NCBI GenBank assembly: GCA_964016885.1
Contig: OZ024742.1
Span: 74,462,001 to 74,526,000, forward strand
Source: Eledone cirrhosa
Lineage: Eukaryota
DNA length: 64,000 nucleotides
Direction: 5' to 3'
Part shown: positions 59,801-64,000 of the stretch, in pieces
Numbering within the stretch: position 1 is the stretch's first letter
Layout of the letters: every line of letters starts with the position of its first letter
Program-made: the position numbers and the translations under genes
The notes under the pieces: generated by a model
What the model was told of the DNA's origin: nothing
Databases searched by the model: none
The model's input: the letters and a program-made list of their open reading frames with translations, nothing else

Positions 59801-61704
59801 TCACGTGGTACAAAGGACCAGTTGCTTATTGATAAGATGGTAATGGGGAATTGCAGGAGGAGACACACTGATCTTGCCATGGGATGGATAGACTACAGAA
59901 AGGCATTTGACATGGTGCCTCATTCCTGGATCACCAAAAGCCTGGAGATCTTCAGGGTGGCAGATAACATCAGACAGTTGCTGGGCAGGAGTATGGGGTC
60001 CTGGGAGACAGAGTTGACATCAACTGGAGTATCCTTGGGAAGCGTGAAGATCAAGAGAGGTATCTTCCAGGGAGATAGCCTGTCCCCTCTGTTGTTTGTC
60101 CTTGCCCTGATGCCCTTGACCATTATGCTGCGAAAAGTGAGAGCAGGATACAAGTTGGGAAGGGGAGAGCTTACCATCAATCACCTCCTCTTCATGGACG
60201 ATCTTAAGCTCTTCGGGAAAAGTGAGAAGGAGTTGGATGTGCTTGTTGACACTGTCCGTATTTTCAGCAGTGATATATGTATGCAGTTTGGTATTGGTAA
60301 ATGTGGAGTCATTGTGATGAGGAGGGGTAGGTTGAGCAGAAGTAACGGGATCCAGATACCAACAGGTGAGATGATAAAGGAAATTGACTCTGAGGAAGGA
60401 TACAAGTATTTGGGCGTTCTGGAGGCTGATGGCATAAAGAACAAAAAAATGAAGGAATTGTTAAGAACTGAATACATTCGGAGAGTAAGGAGCGTATTGA
60501 AGTCACATCTGAACAGCAGAAATGCCATAAGCGCAGTAAATTCCCGAGCTGTTTCTATTATTAGGTACAGTGCGGGAATTCTGAGATGGAATGTTGCTGA
60601 ACAAAAAGAAATGGATAGGAAGACTAGGAAGCTATTGACTATCTACAACATGTTCCACAAGAGGAGTGATGTCGATAGACTCTACCTAAGGAGATCTGAG
60701 GGTGGAAGAGGTCTTATCAGCATAGAGGACTGTGTTCAGATGGAGAAAAACAACCTATACAAATACGTGACCTATAGTAAGGAGCCAATGCTCAGAGCTG
60801 TACTGAAGGAGGGGACAGTAGGCCAGGGGATACCCAAGGAGGAAATAACATCAAGGAGGAAGAGCAGCCTTAAGGGAAAATCCCTTCATAGTACCTTCTT
60901 TGAGAAAACTGAATTTAGAGATCCACAGACATGGAACTGGTTGAGAAGAGGAGACCTCAAAAAGGCTACAGAAGGAATGCTAATGGCTGCGCAGGAGCAG
61001 GCCCTCAAAACGAAGTGGTTGAAGCACCATATCTACAAGGAGGAGGCTAGCCCACTGTGCAGGATCTGTGGAGAGAGAGAGGAGACTGTGGCTCACATTG
61101 TGTCCGAGTGTAAACACCTAGCCCAGACCCACTATAAGGGCTGGAGACACGATGTGATGGGCAGGGTGATCCACTGGCACCTGTGCAAAGTAAACAATCT
61201 ACCACATTCTGAGAAATGGTATGAGCATAGGCCAGAGGCGGTGATGGAGAACAGTCAGGTGAAGGTGCTGTGGGATTTTAGGATACAGACGGACAAAAAA
61301 CTGGAACACAATAGACCTGACCTGGTGGTTGTGGACAAAGGAAAAAGATCGTGCCTGATTGTGGATGTGGCCTGCCCGTTCGACACGAGAGTGCAAGAGA
61401 AGGAGAGGGAGAAAATTAACCGATACCAGGACCTAAAGTGGGAGGTGAAAAGGATTTGGAACTGCCATGAAGTCAAAGTGATCCCGATTGTCATAGGCGC
61501 ACTGGGGACTATCTCCAAAGGTTTCCAGGGATGGTTAAAGAAAATCGGCCCCTTCACGCTTTTTGGAACGCTTCAAAAGGCATGCTTGCTTGGAACGGCA
61601 AGAACCCTCCGATACGTCCTGAATATCTGAGGCTGCAGGTAGTGGCTTGATATTCAATCCAACGGACTTTCCAGTTAACCAACATCAATGACTGAGATTC
61701 AAGG
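56851..61704 (+). mobile_element. Full-length R4/Dong-clade RLE retrotransposon, copy 2, in (AAT)n
   Basis: As copy 1, plus a ~325-bp tandem duplication in the 5' UTR. Confidence 0.95.
58238..61630 (+). CDS. Intact 1130-aa RT plus restriction-like endonuclease polyprotein
   Basis: All motifs of 46274-49666 are present; roughly 25-30 aa differences by eye. Confidence 0.95.
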   Translation: METRTSCDRLSPNRCPLAQQQEPDCQRNTADVGGRRRRKGARTNWTKELNRTVMQCYLKSNPKERGYRRRMHNIWNEIGLFKLDEQKLAGQARVIRTNGWISELELEELSRENGLEMAGVVCQTSEPAGNEGEEVLRAEEPPEADSDLNTEINNTWNRDTATEEMNADGLGQDSVDILNLVVDELNNDSGRPMNLRFVDRKKLKETTAKVNKVIPFLEARSLHQCNNILKATANTVRKLLGIKARGNNRQERAEPWWKKRLSGQIGEMRNDIGKLESLLNGTLKNIGTKNRLEIKYKTRSKKLNIIIEELKQRIVAKSAKIRRYENRVSQYKQNRMFDNNQKMLFGQLEGKERGTNLIPGAEQAKTFWRGIWEQDVRHNAQAGWIETVQREIGEQAQQQTDLSITVETLKGQAKKLTNWKSPGPDGVQGYWIKHLTSLHPKLTAMFNDCLVSGEVPEWLTKGTTVLIMKDRIKGNDVTNYRPITCLPVMWKLLTSIVSEEIYHHLHTNNLLPDEQKGCRKKSRGTKDQLLIDKMVMGNCRRRHTDLAMGWIDYRKAFDMVPHSWITKSLEIFRVADNIRQLLGRSMGSWETELTSTGVSLGSVKIKRGIFQGDSLSPLLFVLALMPLTIMLRKVRAGYKLGRGELTINHLLFMDDLKLFGKSEKELDVLVDTVRIFSSDICMQFGIGKCGVIVMRRGRLSRSNGIQIPTGEMIKEIDSEEGYKYLGVLEADGIKNKKMKELLRTEYIRRVRSVLKSHLNSRNAISAVNSRAVSIIRYSAGILRWNVAEQKEMDRKTRKLLTIYNMFHKRSDVDRLYLRRSEGGRGLISIEDCVQMEKNNLYKYVTYSKEPMLRAVLKEGTVGQGIPKEEITSRRKSSLKGKSLHSTFFEKTEFRDPQTWNWLRRGDLKKATEGMLMAAQEQALKTKWLKHHIYKEEASPLCRICGEREETVAHIVSECKHLAQTHYKGWRHDVMGRVIHWHLCKVNNLPHSEKWYEHRPEAVMENSQVKVLWDFRIQTDKKLEHNRPDLVVVDKGKRSCLIVDVACPFDTRVQEKEREKINRYQDLKWEVKRIWNCHEVKVIPIVIGALGTISKGFQGWLKKIGPFTLFGTLQKACLLGTARTLRYVLNI

Positions 61705-61732
61705 AATAACAATAACAATAATAAAATAATAA

Positions 61733-62265
61733 TGGTTTCTGATTTAGGCACAAGGCCAACAATGTTTTGGGGAGGGCAAAGTCGAACAAATAGCAACAAC
61801 AACAGCAGCAACAGAAAACATAATTGTTTCAGATTTAGGTACAGCCCCAACACTTTTTTGGATGGGGATAAATTGATTACAGTGATCCCAATTCTAGATT
61901 GGAACTATATTTTGTTGACTTTGACAGGATTTGAACGCAGAACTTAATGAGCGGAACAAATGTAACGATCTTTCGAAAGAATTGTTTCTACTTTTGGCTC
62001 AAGGCCAGAAATTTGAAGGGAATGTAATTACGTTACGGGTACACGCGTTAGAGAGATGCTTAGTCACTTGCACGTGAATTCCATGAGCAGACCGTTCCGT
62101 TGTTCAACAACCGGAACACTTATCGTCGAAACAGACGGAGGTGTATTTTATCTCTATCTTCAAGCATGAAAGGTAAAGCTAATCTCAGCGAGATTTGAAT
62201 ACAGAACGTAAAAGGATGTAACTATATATATGCCACAAAGCATGTTGTCCGATGCTCTACTGTAA
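61733..62265 (-). mobile_element. Two degenerate SINE copies of the (ATT)-tailed family
   Basis: gtttctgatttaggcacaaggcc (61733) and gtttctacttttggctcaaggcc (61984) 3' ends; gatttgaa B-box remnants. Confidence 0.7.
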
Positions 62266-62754
62266 TAATAATTTTAAACTTACATAATGTATGTTAAATT
62301 TTATTTGTTAAAATAACAGAACATTTACAGAATGTTTTACAGTATATTTTTATTTACTTTTATTAATTTAATATGAAATGAAAATAGATTTAAAGTGTTA
62401 ACAAACTAACTTCACATTTTCTTTATTAAAATTGCAATTTAAGGCAAGCATATGACGCATTATGTATTCAAATATAAACTCCCTGCAATATATTTCCTAT
62501 TTTACAATTTGAGTGTTGACAATCTCCAGACAGACAGCAACAAAAGAGTCATAAAACGATAAATATTAATATTTTCTTCGAACACCAAAAACGATAACGA
62601 ATTCCAAAGAAATTATGTTACACTTCTATATATATTGATAATTTATCATTAATGTTGAAGTGATCTGAAAGAAAAATCGATAAAAGGTGTTCATTATAAC
62701 GAAATGAATAATAATTTCTTAGGTTACCATAATGTAATACATATATATAAGGTA

Positions 62755-63225
62755 GATACAGCCAAATGGTTAGAATTCGCTTTGCAATCATTAGATCCCG
62801 GGTTCAATTCTACTGATTGTATTTTTTACAAGTGTTATTTACCATAGCAATTGGTTGATCATATCTCGTGAGTGAAATTTCGGAAACAGAAACTGTTTGG
62901 AAGCCTATCAGATGGACTGTACCGGTAATACAAAAGGGCAAGCTTTGTCACACACTGTATCATGCTGAAACTCCCTAAGAACCATGCCAAGAGTACACAT
63001 GTCTGTGGAATGCTCAGCCACTTACACTATACTGCAAGATGGACTGTACCTATAATTCAAAGGGGAAAGTTGTGTCACATACAGTCTCACACTGAATTTC
63101 CCTGGTAATTACTTTACCGATACACGCGTCTGTGGGATGCTTAGCCACTTGCACGTGAATTCCATGAGCAGACCGTTCCGTTGATTGAACAACCGGAACA
63201 CTCATCGTCGGAACCGACGGAGGTG
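62755..63225 (+). mobile_element. SINE-like composite with an internal ~125-bp tandem repeat
   Basis: tRNA-like head (tggttag...ggttcaattc); gatggactgtacc...ctgtgg.atgct.agccactt occurs twice; tail also present at 62041-62143. Confidence 0.55.
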
Positions 63226-63363
63226 CATTCTATCTCTATCTTCTCAATCCCAAAGGTATGAAAACAAAACAAAACAAAACAAAGTAGATCAAAGAGCAGG
63301 GACAGCGGGGACCTTTTTTTTAGTAGCAGGAGTGAAATACAACGGCGTAACAATCTATAGATA

Positions 63364-63560
63364 CAAAAGTAGGCTGAAAAGTTCATAGGATGACTATGAA
63401 TGAGTTATGCTAGCGCTGTGAAATCTTGCATGCATTAATTTCAACTCTCTTTATTAATAACTGCATTGTTTCCTTTCAGGCACTATGTTGAAAAAATAAA
63501 CGTCATTTGCTCATTCCAGGAGAGTACCTGGGTTAGCTTATGAACTTCAGCCGACCCTCG
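63364..63560. mobile_element. Tc1/mariner-type MITE, inverted relative to 2179-2377
   Basis: TIR ctgaaaagttcatagg, flanking TA, internal homology to 2179-2377. Confidence 0.75.
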
Positions 63561-63769
63561 TATGTAACTTGTAATAAAATTACAAATTTGTTCTCAAGTT
63601 AAACCGTTTTAAACATTAAAGTGTTTAGATCAGCAGAGGTTTTCACATTTGAATAAGAGATAAATGGCACCCACGATCTAGGTGTCCAACACTCTAGCCA
63701 CAAACCGACGCTTTTTCTATTTTTGCCACTCCACCGCCATATTATGAGGTAAGTAAGGATTCGTTTCAA

Positions 63770-64000
63770 CTAGGTACTTTGATTAGATTTCTGTTCTAGC
63801 AATGAACTCTCTATTATGAACACCTTCTTCCAGCACCGAGATATCCATAAGGGGAATCAGGGACAGAGATCAATAATTGATTTTGTCATTGTCTCTTATC
63901 TCTTCGATTCTGTGCCCCACGTTCGTGTTAAGAGAGGAGCTGAGCTGTCAACTGATCACCATCTAGTTATCTGCAACTTGAGACTATCTAAAGCCAAAGA
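63770..64000 (+). mobile_element. RTE-clade LINE endonuclease fragment
   Basis: LDFCSSNELSIMNTFFQHRDIHK...RSIIDFVIV...RGAELSTDHHLV. Confidence 0.8.

Noticed and set aside
41285-61704. Tx1+R4 pair as one composite element or a segmental duplication
   Set aside because: The Tx1 partners are different subfamilies with different 5' ends, so independent insertion in (AAT)n explains it better
2179-63560. Inverted MITE pair bounding the window as a giant composite transposon
   Set aside because: Each copy is a complete, diverged MITE with its own TA flanks; chance co-occurrence is sufficient

Overview
Repeat-saturated animal genomic DNA, AT-rich with many microsatellites. The SINE and microsatellite style suggests a cephalopod such as Octopus; that is an inference, not verified. 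The only host-type gene is an intact, intronless 631-aa secreted ADAMTS/reprolysin-like protein with a destroyed zinc-binding motif (28924-30819). The rest is mostly retroelements sorted by microsatellite: R4/Dong-type RLE fragments in (CATA)n; a Penelope-like element and a CsRn1-type Gypsy in (TA)n; Tx1/L1 elements in (GATA)n; and a ~26-kb array in (AAT)n where Tx1 (always -) alternates with R4/Dong (always +, two intact 1130-aa ORFs) around SINE tails. Three hammerhead ribozymes can be read directly from the sequence, two of them an inverted pair inside the Gypsy leader. The strongest new signal is at the Tx1 ORF1/ORF2 junction. In three diverged copies the ORF1 stop sits inside a perfect AG|GTAAGT splice donor, followed by a pyrimidine tract and a first AG that would fuse ORF1 in frame to ORF2 via a 38-52-nt mini-intron. 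A fourth, truncated copy keeps the same acceptor phase. Element boundaries were read by eye and are approximate unless stated.
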